Shown here piece by piece: positions 17,800 to 26,436 of a DNA stretch of 30,063 bases. A program made the position numbers and the translations under genes. Location of the stretch: the NCBI GenBank assembly GCA_048887225.1, contig JBHLJY010000026.1, positions 1 through 30,063 of the forward strand. The letters are read 5' to 3'. Position 1 is the stretch's first letter. Every line of letters begins with the position of its first letter. The stretch is from Candidatus Hodarchaeota archaeon (GTDB taxonomy: Archaea; Asgardarchaeota; Lokiarchaeia; Sigyniarchaeales; SOKP01). Under the pieces are notes generated by a model that was given only the letters and a program-made list of their open reading frames with translations, did no database searches and was not told the DNA's origin.

Positions 17800-19515
17800 A
17801 TGACAAATGAGGCGTATATCAATAAGATTATAGAGGAAACAGGTTTAACAAGAAAGGAAATTGAAGATTTGGTTAAGGAAAAGAAAATAGATTTAAAAGG
17901 ATTGATTTCTGATGAGGGTGCTTTATTTATAATAGCAAAAGAGTTAGGCGTTGATGTTAAAGATGAAAGTAAAGAAATTTTAAAAGACATTGAAATAAAT
18001 ATTTCGGATATAACCTTAAATATGAAAAATATCGTTTTAATAGGGCGAATCAAAGAAATATATCGAATTCACGAATTTAATAAAGGCGATGGAGGAATTG
18101 GCCGTGTTGGATCCTTTTTATTGCATGACAAATCTGGAGATACTCGTGTTGTCTTATGGGACGAAAATACAAAAATCTTTGATAATCCAAATTTTGAGAC
18201 AAATGAACTTGTAAAAATTTTAAATGGAAATGCTAAAGAAGGAAGATACGGAGATATAGAAATTCATATTGGAAAATTTGGGAAAGTAATATTATCTCCT
18301 GAAGACGTTGATTATAGAAAATATCCTAAAATTAAAAGCATAATTACTCCGATAGATGTCATTAGTTTATCTCTTCCTTCTGTTTCAATAGAAGGAAAAA
18401 TAATCCAGAAAACTCCATTAAATATATTTACAAAAAAGGATGGGACACCTGGAAAGGTAAGATCCATCAATTTAATAGATTCAACTGGAACAATAAGAAT
18501 TACTTTTTGGAATGATGATACAGAAAAAATAAATGATTATGAAATTGGAGAGTTTATCTCGATTACACATCTAAATCCAAGATTAAGTAGTATTAATTCA
18601 AACACTATAGAATTATATGCCAACAAGAATTCTCTAATAAATAAAAAAGATAAAAAACTAAAAATAGAGGCTAAATTAGTTGAAAATATTAAGCTACTTC
18701 AAAATCAACGAAATATCGTTTCATTGCAAGGAATAATTAGTTCTATAGATAATCTGAAAAAAGTCTCCTTAAAATCTGGAGAGGAATTGTCATTATTATC
18801 TTTTATAGTGAGTGATGAAACAGATGGAATTAGAGTTACTTTGTGGAGAGATAAAGCCGAAGAATTTTCTGAAAAATTGACCGTTGGAGCTGGAATTCTA
18901 TTAAAAAATGTTATGGTTAAATATAGCACTTTTTCAGGTAGATGTGAAATATCTTATATAGATGATTCGTTAATTGATTTTGTTGATTTAGATATGAAGA
19001 ACATTAAGAGTATAGAATTACCGAATAAACAAATGAGATCAGATTTTACTAGAAATTATACAAGAATTAATCATATAAATTCGTCTGGCGTTTTCGAAAT
19101 AAAGGGTTTTATTGCTAAGGAACTTAATAATATCACAATTTACGAAGCTTGTTCAAATTGTTTTAAAAAAATTGATAATTGTATTTGCGATGAAAAAGGT
19201 GCACTTGAACATAGAATGATTTTTAACGTAATAATTGATGACGGGAGTGGGACAATTAGAACAACTTTTATTGGAGATAAGGCAGAAGAATTAATTGGAG
19301 AATCAACTGAAACTATTTTAATAATTAAAGAAACACCGGATTTCAATACTTTTTTGGAAAAAAAATCTGCTGAATTACTCGGAAAAGATATTATTATTAA
19401 AGGTCGGGCAAAATTTAGTGAATTTTCTAATTCTTACGAAATAATTGCTTATGATTTTCAAGAAGTTAATGTAAATGAAGAATTGGAAAAATTAATTAAA
19501 GATATACCTGTATAA
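17800..19515 (+). CDS. Replication protein A large subunit (multi-OB-fold ssDNA-binding protein with Zn finger)
   Basis: Repeated D.SG/D.TG.IR..LW OB motifs, YEACSNC...CIC, DDGSGTIR, and a helical N-terminal domain. ATG at 17800. Confidence 0.85.
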   Translation: MTNEAYINKIIEETGLTRKEIEDLVKEKKIDLKGLISDEGALFIIAKELGVDVKDESKEILKDIEINISDITLNMKNIVLIGRIKEIYRIHEFNKGDGGIGRVGSFLLHDKSGDTRVVLWDENTKIFDNPNFETNELVKILNGNAKEGRYGDIEIHIGKFGKVILSPEDVDYRKYPKIKSIITPIDVISLSLPSVSIEGKIIQKTPLNIFTKKDGTPGKVRSINLIDSTGTIRITFWNDDTEKINDYEIGEFISITHLNPRLSSINSNTIELYANKNSLINKKDKKLKIEAKLVENIKLLQNQRNIVSLQGIISSIDNLKKVSLKSGEELSLLSFIVSDETDGIRVTLWRDKAEEFSEKLTVGAGILLKNVMVKYSTFSGRCEISYIDDSLIDFVDLDMKNIKSIELPNKQMRSDFTRNYTRINHINSSGVFEIKGFIAKELNNITIYEACSNCFKKIDNCICDEKGALEHRMIFNVIIDDGSGTIRTTFIGDKAEELIGESTETILIIKETPDFNTFLEKKSAELLGKDIIIKGRAKFSEFSNSYEIIAYDFQEVNVNEELEKLIKDIPV

Positions 19516-19594
19516 ATCTAAAATTTTTATTAATAAATGATTATAGAAATTTTAAGATTTATATAAAATAATAAATATTTAAAGTCAAATTTTC

Positions 19595-20530
19595 ATGAAA
19601 AAGGTAGATATTATTGGTTTAGGAGAAGTTGTTATTGATTGGGTTGCTGAAATTCCACATTTTCCTAAGCCAGACGAAAAAATCGATGCATTAAGTGAAA
19701 ATTACTTTCCAGGGGGAGTTACTGCTAATTATTTAGTTGCTGTTGCTCGTTTAGGAGGAATTTGTGGATTTATTGGAGCTGTTGGTGATGATTCTTATGG
19801 AGATTTCTTAATTGAAGATTTTCAAAAAGAAAAAGTGGATACTATGCTAATCTTAAAAAAGAAAGGAAAGAAAACACCTGTAAATTTTATATTTGTTGCT
19901 AAAGGTGAAAAAACAATTATACAATCACCTTATATGCAAACCACGAAAATTGATGTTGATAATTTAGACAAAAGATACATAGCTGATTCAAAATTATTAC
20001 ATACTACAATGATACACCCTAAAGTTACTGAACGCGCAATAGATATAGCAAAATATAATGATGTTAGAGTAAGTATTGATTTAGAGGCTCAAATCGCTCA
20101 AAAAGGCTGGGAGAACTTAAAGAATTCTCTTTTAAAAGCTGATGTATTAATTCCGAATAAGGAAGGGGCTAAATCAATTACTAATAGTAAAACGCCAGAA
20201 AAAGCAGCTAAAATCTTAATAAAGAAAGGAATTCCGCTAGTGATTATAACTATGGGAAATCAAGGAGCATTAGTAACTACAAATCGATTCCAAAAATTAA
20301 TACCTACCTATGAGGTTGATAATATCGTTGATACAACTGGAGCAGGTGATACTTTTAATGGTGCATTTTCGATAGGTTATTGGATTAAGGAATGGGATTT
20401 AGAAAAATCTTGTAGATATGCCAATGCTGCAGCAGCATTAAAAATTCAAAAATTGGGTGCAAGAACGGGGATGCCAAACGAAAATGAATTAATTAAATTT
20501 TTAAAAAAAAATAACGATCCCTTTTTTTAA
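19595..20530 (+). CDS. PfkB-family carbohydrate kinase
   Basis: PGGVTAN, GAVGDD.YG, PN..E-type motif, DTTGAGDTF. Confidence 0.93.
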   Translation: MKKVDIIGLGEVVIDWVAEIPHFPKPDEKIDALSENYFPGGVTANYLVAVARLGGICGFIGAVGDDSYGDFLIEDFQKEKVDTMLILKKKGKKTPVNFIFVAKGEKTIIQSPYMQTTKIDVDNLDKRYIADSKLLHTTMIHPKVTERAIDIAKYNDVRVSIDLEAQIAQKGWENLKNSLLKADVLIPNKEGAKSITNSKTPEKAAKILIKKGIPLVIITMGNQGALVTTNRFQKLIPTYEVDNIVDTTGAGDTFNGAFSIGYWIKEWDLEKSCRYANAAAALKIQKLGARTGMPNENELIKFLKKNNDPFF

Positions 20531-20593
20531 TAAAAAAATTTATTTCTTTAAAACCACCAGAATAGCGATAAAATTCCTTAAGAAAAATTTATG

Positions 20594-21025
20594 TTAATTA
20601 ATCAAACAGATCTTTCTATATTCATAGGGGCTGTTAATAATTTTTTTAAATCTTTTAACTATTTTTTCAGTAGAAAGCTGATTTTGTTGCTTATTAAAAG
20701 GCCAAGTTCCAAGAAGAACATCTCCAATCCTTTTAACATTTCCAATTAAAAATCCTGTCATTTCATTTTTTAATTGAAAAAGGAGTATATAATAATAATT
20801 AAACGAAACTAAGTAAGATTCTTGACCAAAATTTATTACATCATTAATATTTTTAAAAATAACTATGTTTTTGTTTGTTTCACTTAATTTTTTTAATTCT
20901 AAAATAAATCCAGAAGGAATTTTTATGGGATCAGCAGAAAATACACTCTTAAAGGTTAAAGTTAAATTCTTTTCTTTTGTTTCGTTATTTCCTTTAAAAG
21001 TAACCTTATAAATAGTTAAACTCAT
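20594..21025 (-). CDS. Hypothetical protein
   Basis: 143-aa ATG ORF filling the gap downstream of aIF1; no motif recognised. Confidence 0.55.
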   Translation of the reverse strand: MSLTIYKVTFKGNNETKEKNLTLTFKSVFSADPIKIPSGFILELKKLSETNKNIVIFKNINDVINFGQESYLVSFNYYYILLFQLKNEMTGFLIGNVKRIGDVLLGTWPFNKQQNQLSTEKIVKRFKKIINSPYEYRKICLIN

Positions 21026-21100
21026 TGGAATTAGAATATATAACTTTAAGGGTAATGTAGTTTACAATAAAATAATTTTAAGGTTTTCCAATTTTCTTTA

Positions 21101-21418
21101 TTACTCTTGAATTAAGATATTTTCTTCGGAGAATCCCATGTCGATTAAAAATTTTTTCATTTTAAAACGATGATCTCCTTGAAGCTCAATTTCATTCCCT
21201 CTTACAGTACCCCCAGAAGCGCATTTTTTCTTTGCTTTTGTTAAGATCTCCTTTAAATTAGCATCAAAATTTCCTTGGAATGTGATAACGGTCACCACAC
21301 GCCCCCATTTACGTTTATCGTTAGAGATAATTATTTGTTGTTCGTCTGCACTTAAACTATCACAGATACATAATTCTTTTGGAAAACTACATATTGGACA
21401 GATATCTTCGTCTTTGAT
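21101..21418 (-). CDS. Translation initiation factor aIF1 (SUI1), probable ATC start
   Basis: The frame extends upstream as IKDEDICPICSFPKELCICD...KRKWGRVVTVI. C-terminal KKKCASGGT..IELQGDH. In-frame TGA at 21428-21430. Confidence 0.9.
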   Translation of the reverse strand: MKDEDICPICSFPKELCICDSLSADEQQIIISNDKRKWGRVVTVITFQGNFDANLKEILTKAKKKCASGGTVRGNEIELQGDHRFKMKKFLIDMGFSEENILIQE

Positions 21419-21653
21419 TTTGTCTTTTCACAACCTTTCTTTTAATAGTTTTTAAATTTAGTGTTTAAATTTAAAACTCAATAATAAAAAATAATATATC
21501 AACCTCTTATAAAAACCTTTCACTCTTAGATCCAGAAAAAACCTATCTCTTTCAAAATAATTTAGTGGATTATTTAAAAATTTTAATGAATTATTATAAA
21601 AATAAAATCTTATTTTATATATTTAAGAAATTGATTAATTTTAAAATTTTCCG

Positions 21654-22196
21654 GTGATTCTTATAGAAAGCTTTTGGGTTTTTAAAGTAATTATCGCTGG
21701 TGCCGGTGGAGTAGGTAAAACCGCGATGGTAACTCGTTATTGTACCGGAAAATTTGAAGAAGGATACAAAATGACAATCGGGGCGGGCTTTCATACTAAG
21801 TCTGAAACTTTAGATACAAGTGAATCTATTAAGATGCAACTCTGGGATTTTGCCGGAGAAAGAAGATTTCGTGAATTACTACCCGATTATTGTAAAGGTG
21901 CCAGTGGAGCTTTCATTTGTTTCGATATAAGTGATTATGATACATTTCGTCAAATTCCAGAATGGTTAAAAATAATTCGCCAAAAAGCTGGCTTCATCCC
22001 TATAATTCTTATGGGAATGAAATGGGATTTGTCTGATCATGAAGTTGATTTTGATATGGCAAATGATTATGCTGAAAAAGCGAAATGTAATCAATGTGTA
22101 TTCTGTTCTTCTAAAGAGAACATAAATATTATTGAATCTTTTCAAGCTATGGCAAAATGGCTTATTTATTATGCTACTCAACCTCAAGAGGAATGA
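21654..22196 (+). CDS. Rab-like small GTPase (Ras superfamily)
   Basis: G1 GAGGVGKT, G2 TIG, G3 WDFAGE, G4 variant MKWD, G5 CSSK. No C-terminal prenylation Cys. The start may be ATA 21663. Confidence 0.9.
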   Translation: MILIESFWVFKVIIAGAGGVGKTAMVTRYCTGKFEEGYKMTIGAGFHTKSETLDTSESIKMQLWDFAGERRFRELLPDYCKGASGAFICFDISDYDTFRQIPEWLKIIRQKAGFIPIILMGMKWDLSDHEVDFDMANDYAEKAKCNQCVFCSSKENINIIESFQAMAKWLIYYATQPQEE

Positions 22197-22256
22197 ATCC
22201 TCTTTTTAATAATACTTCTATTTGTTTTCAACTTAAATTAATTTAATAAGAAAGAG

Positions 22257-22453
22257 CGCCCCTGGCTATAAGAACCCCTTAGTATTTCCCATGGGGATTT
22301 CCCGCTGCAAGGAAGCCTTGCTTTGTATGGATCGAACATGCGACCGCCCGGTTAACTTCCGGAGCTACTGTGATATCCAGTAACTAAGCCGGGTGCTTTG
22401 GGCGGGCTGAGCATGTTTATGCTCAGTGCTCTACCTAACTGAGCTACAGAGGC
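22257..22453 (-). tRNA. tRNA-Asn(GTT) with three insertions (about 22398-22430 in the D-arm; 22357-22386 at 33/34; 22267-22326 in the T-stem)
   Basis: Removing 33, 30 and 60 nt gives a 74-nt cloverleaf: GCCTCTG/CAGGGGC acceptor, GCTC/GAGC D-stem, CCCGG-CTGTTAA-CCGGG, GCATG-TTCGATC-CATGC, G73. Confidence 0.85.
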
Positions 22454-22473
22454 GTGGTCTTCCGATGGATTTG

Positions 22474-22611
22474 TGCTCCCGCCGGGATTTGAACCCGGTT
22501 ATCGACTATACATCAAGAGGATAGTTGTCGGCGGGGTGAAAGCCCGCAATGCTTTCAGCAGCTCTCTCTTATGAGGCTTGGAGAACTTTGGCCGGACTAC
22601 ACTACGGGAGC
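22474..22611 (-). tRNA. tRNA-Glu(TTC) with two non-canonical introns (22554-22588 in the D-loop; 22499-22526 at the variable loop/T-stem junction)
   Basis: Removing 35 and 28 nt gives a 75-nt cloverleaf: GCTCCCG/CGGGAGC, GCGGG-CTTTCAC-CCCGC, CCGGG-TTCAAAT-CCCGG. Confidence 0.9.
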
Positions 22612-22814
22612 ATTTTTTCTTCAATTCTTAGGGGATATAATAATCTAATAAAATCTCATTTGTACAAAATCAAACTAAACTATCATATAATGTGAATTTT
22701 GTAATTCATTTTTACATTAAAATTTTTCTTTTCCTATCTCTCTATTACTTTTTTAAAGGGATACTAGATTATTTTAATTATATAAAGAGAAATAAAGTTA
22801 AAAATAAAAAAAAG

Positions 22815-22928
22815 TGCGGGAAGAGGGATTTGAACCCCCGAACTCCTACGAGACTGGATTCTAAGTCCAGCGCTTCCAACGCGCCTTTAACCAATAACGC
22901 GCCTTTAACCAAACTTGGCAATTCCCGC
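22815..22928 (-). tRNA. tRNA-Leu(TAG) with a 29-nt D-arm intron (22874-22902)
   Basis: GCGGGAA/TTCCCGC acceptor, CTGGA-CTTAGAA-TCCAG, long variable arm; 85 nt after intron removal. Confidence 0.92.
22878..22912. repeat. 17-bp direct repeat AACGCGCCTTTAACCAA (period 18) inside tRNA-Leu(TAG)
   Basis: Copies at 22878-22894 and 22896-22912. Confidence 0.95.
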
Positions 22929-23135
22929 TTATTTATTGAAAGTAATTGATGTGTTAACAAATAACATAAAATACTCAAAAATTAATAATTTTTTTATTTC
23001 ATTGTTCAAATTTATATTTGTAAAATTTTTTAGAAAATATATAAGCAATAAAATTAAAATTATTACGAATCGTTGTAAACGACACACTTATTTAATTATA
23101 ATATCCTACTATAATGAAAATTATTGGTCTTCTTA

Positions 23136-24134
23136 ATGAGCGTTAGAGAATCTTTAATAAAGCATTTGACTTCTATTTTACGAGCTTCTTCAGGAACTAT
23201 CTTAGTAATACTATGTGATCAAAATGGTCTTTCTGTTGCCAAAATAGGTAGAAAAAGTGATATAGAATTAAATCCAAATGAAATTACAAGTCTGGCGGCA
23301 GCTGCTTTTTCTGCTAGTGCAGAAAATTGGGATGATCTCCAGATAAAAGACCAAGTTATTTCATTTTCATATTTTGATAAAGTTTGTTTAATTACAATTA
23401 GAATTAATGAAACTCTTCTAACAATAGTTCATGATTATCGTAAAGAATGGCCTTTAGACGCAGATAGTTTAGCGAGTTCAATGTATTATTTAAAACGGAA
23501 CTTGGGGGAATTCTTTGGAAGTGGTGTTGTATCGGAAGCGGAACTCGAGGATTTTTCAAATAAAATTCGAAGTGCAATTTATCTTTTTGGAATGGGAACG
23601 GAAGTCCCATTTGTATCTTATACACCAGAAAATTTTGATAAAACGAACTCATTACCTTTTATAAGCATTGTTTTAGATTCAATTCAAAATCCAATATTCA
23701 TAAGGTATAGTTTAGTTGTTCCATCCGGATTAACAATCGATGCTCGAGAGGTAAGCGGCCAAGATTTACCAGTTTCAATTGAAGCTTTTTCAGCCAATGC
23801 AAACGTTGCTTTTCAAAAAATGAAAGAAGAATCAGAAGGGAGTTCTATTGGAGAATTATTATGCTATTTAGCAATTTCTGGTCAAGATCCTAATAATTTT
23901 TACGGGCTAATAACTTGTCCCGCCGGAAAATTGAAATTTTCAGAGGTAGAAGGGACATCAAATATAGAAGAGGTTTCGTTTGTGGGGTTGTTTACCTTAA
24001 CATACGGAGGAATTCCAGTTATGGGAGAATCTAGAAATATTATTTATTCAATATTAGAAATTATTGGTACTGAACAAATAACAGAGAATTTTATCAAAAC
24101 CGTTAATGTTCTTACTAGTTCTAAATATGAATAA
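23136..24134 (+). CDS. Roadblock/LC7 domain protein, probably two roadblock domains
   Basis: Domain 1: ILCDQNGLSVA...SLAAAAFSAS...L. Domain 2: LVVPSGLTID...FSANANVAF...GEL. ATG at 23136. Confidence 0.7.
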   Translation: MSVRESLIKHLTSILRASSGTILVILCDQNGLSVAKIGRKSDIELNPNEITSLAAAAFSASAENWDDLQIKDQVISFSYFDKVCLITIRINETLLTIVHDYRKEWPLDADSLASSMYYLKRNLGEFFGSGVVSEAELEDFSNKIRSAIYLFGMGTEVPFVSYTPENFDKTNSLPFISIVLDSIQNPIFIRYSLVVPSGLTIDAREVSGQDLPVSIEAFSANANVAFQKMKEESEGSSIGELLCYLAISGQDPNNFYGLITCPAGKLKFSEVEGTSNIEEVSFVGLFTLTYGGIPVMGESRNIIYSILEIIGTEQITENFIKTVNVLTSSKYE

Positions 24135-24209
24135 ATTTGCTGGATGTTTCTACTTAACTCTTTATTAAATCACGTATCTATAATAATATATGTAAGCTAA
24201 TGATTTAAT

Positions 24210-24668
24210 ATGAATAACTCGAAATCTGTAAATTCAATCCCTAAAATATATTGTTTACACTTTAAAGAATGCGATCCAAAAAAATGCACGGCTTTAAAAT
24301 TAAAAAAATTTGATATGTTGAAGTTAATTAACGAGATAAAGGGCTCTTTAAAGAAAGCATTAATATTAAATCCATTTGCTCAAAAAGAATTATCATTAGA
24401 AGATAGAAAAAGTATATTAAAATATGGTCTAATTGTATTAGATTGCTCTTGGAAGACACTCTTAAATATTAAAGATTTTAATAACGAATATGCCCGCAAA
24501 TTACCTCCTTTAATAGCTGCCAATCCTGTTAATTATGGGAAATGGGAAAAATTAACATCCGCAGAAGCTATAGCAGCTGCCCTTTATATCATTAAATTCA
24601 ATGATTATGCAAAACTAGTACTTTCAAAATTTTCTTGGGGAACTGAATTCTTCAAAATAAATTATTAA
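24210..24668 (+). CDS. tsr3: 16S/18S rRNA aminocarboxypropyltransferase Tsr3
   Basis: CDPKKCT, LDCSW, RKLPPLIAANPVNYG...LTSAEA, FSWG..F. Confidence 0.95.
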   Translation: MNNSKSVNSIPKIYCLHFKECDPKKCTALKLKKFDMLKLINEIKGSLKKALILNPFAQKELSLEDRKSILKYGLIVLDCSWKTLLNIKDFNNEYARKLPPLIAANPVNYGKWEKLTSAEAIAAALYIIKFNDYAKLVLSKFSWGTEFFKINY

Positions 24669-24697
24669 AAAAAAGAGAATAAAAAATAAAAAATATA

Positions 24698-26302
24698 TTA
24701 ATCTTCGCCACCTTTTGAAAGGCCACCCGCAGCAATTACATCATCAATTTTTATTATCATTGACGCAACTTCTGTTGCTGATTGTATTGCTTGCGTTAAA
24801 ATTAATAAAGGTTCAATGACGCCTAATTTTATCATATTATCTGGCTTTCCAGTATCAATGTTTACACCATATGATGTTCCATCTTTAGCTTCGTGTTTTG
24901 ATCTTAATTCAACAGTTAAATCTACAGGATTGTATCCAGCATTCTCTACCAGAGTTTTAGGAACAATTTCTAAAGCGTTTGCATAGATTTCTATAGCTAA
25001 TTGCTGCCTACCGCCAATTGTTCCAGCATATGTTCTTAATCGTTTTGCAAGCTCTATTTCTGAGGCTCCACCCCCTGGTAAAATGTATGGTACTTCTATT
25101 GCTGCTTTTACAACGCTAAGTGCATCATTTATCATTCTTTCCGCTTCATCGACAACATGTTCAATTCCTGCCCTAAGTAATATGCTGACTGCTTTAGGAT
25201 CGGCACACTCCGAAACAAAAATCATATTATCGTCTCCAATTTTCTTTTCTTCTACTTTACCAGCATTACCAAGATCATTGGCATTAACATCAAAAATGTT
25301 GTTAATAATTTGTGCGTTAGTTGCTCTCGCTAATTTTTCCATATCAGAACGCTTTACTCTTCGTATCGTCATTACGCCACCTTTAGCTAAGAAGTTTTGT
25401 GCCTTATCATCAATTCCTTTTTGGCAAAAAACAACATTAGCACCAATTTCTGTTAATTTAGCAACGCGATTTTTCAACATATTTGATTCTTCTTCGAGAA
25501 ATTTGTTTATTTGATCAGGTGTTTGAACTCTTATTTCCGCATCAAATTCGGTTTTTTCTACTTCTAGAGAAGAATCAATTAACGCAATTTTAGCATTTTT
25601 AATTAATTTTGGCATCATAGGATGGACTACTTCTTTGTCAACGATAATCCCATCAATAATACTAGAGTCTAAAAAACTCTTTCCTTCCTTTTTAATTATC
25701 TGAATGTGGTCAAGATCAATTATTTGATGGTCACCACGGTTTTCTTTAACTTGAGTAACAGCTTTCACAGCAATATCTGCAAAATAACCTTTTGCTCTCG
25801 CTATTAATTTGCTATTCATTGAAGTTTCAGCAATTTTAATTAGAGTTTCTATATCGTTAGTATCAATTTTAGTAGCTATTTCTTTCAAAATTTCTTTACT
25901 TTTCACAAGCGCTTTCCTATATCCTTTAAAAATAATAGTTGGATGAACAGATTGCTCCATTAATTCTTCTGCAAGATTTAATAATTCACCTGCGATTATC
26001 ACACTTGATGTAGTTCCATCTCCGACTTTTTCGTCTTGAGTTTTAGCAACTTCAATAATCATCTTTGCTGCTGGATGTTCAACATCAATAGCATCTAAAA
26101 TTGTAGCGCCATCATTTGTTATTGTTACATCTCCCAAAGAGTCAACAAGCATTTTATCCATTCCTTTCGGTCCTAATGTAGTTCTAACTGCTTCTGCGAC
26201 TGCCTTAGCCGCAGATATATTATTTTTTTGGGCATCTTTTCCTCGCTTTCTTTCGGTCCCTTCTTTTAATATGATAATGGGGACTCCTGATAACTGTGCC
26301 AT
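24698..26302 (-). CDS. Thermosome (group II chaperonin) subunit
   Basis: [36 protein letters not shown]. Confidence 0.98.
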   Translation of the reverse strand: MAQLSGVPIIILKEGTERKRGKDAQKNNISAAKAVAEAVRTTLGPKGMDKMLVDSLGDVTITNDGATILDAIDVEHPAAKMIIEVAKTQDEKVGDGTTSSVIIAGELLNLAEELMEQSVHPTIIFKGYRKALVKSKEILKEIATKIDTNDIETLIKIAETSMNSKLIARAKGYFADIAVKAVTQVKENRGDHQIIDLDHIQIIKKEGKSFLDSSIIDGIIVDKEVVHPMMPKLIKNAKIALIDSSLEVEKTEFDAEIRVQTPDQINKFLEEESNMLKNRVAKLTEIGANVVFCQKGIDDKAQNFLAKGGVMTIRRVKRSDMEKLARATNAQIINNIFDVNANDLGNAGKVEEKKIGDDNMIFVSECADPKAVSILLRAGIEHVVDEAERMINDALSVVKAAIEVPYILPGGGASEIELAKRLRTYAGTIGGRQQLAIEIYANALEIVPKTLVENAGYNPVDLTVELRSKHEAKDGTSYGVNIDTGKPDNMIKLGVIEPLLILTQAIQSATEVASMIIKIDDVIAAGGLSKGGED

Positions 26303-26436
26303 ATTATAATCACTCTATCAATATTTACTAAAAAATTATATTTATATAGATCTCTAAGTCATAAAATTAAAAAAGTTTACGAAAATAAAATATTGTAAGG
26401 GCCATTTAAAATATTTTTTTTCGAGGATTTTAAAGT

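Noticed and set aside
21428-21433. In-frame TTG-TGA read as a start codon followed by selenocysteine in aIF1
   Set aside because: Sec at residue 2 does not align with a conserved Cys, and no SECIS-like element is visible nearby.
22197-22930. Integrated element at the tRNA cluster
   Set aside because: No integrase or transposase, and no duplicated tRNA 3' end (att site) in the window.
22692-23136. ORFs 22692-22949, 22778-22978 and 22915-23136
   Set aside because: They overlap tRNA-Leu(TAG) and AT-rich intergenic DNA. The NAPLT peptide repeat simply reflects the tRNA duplication.
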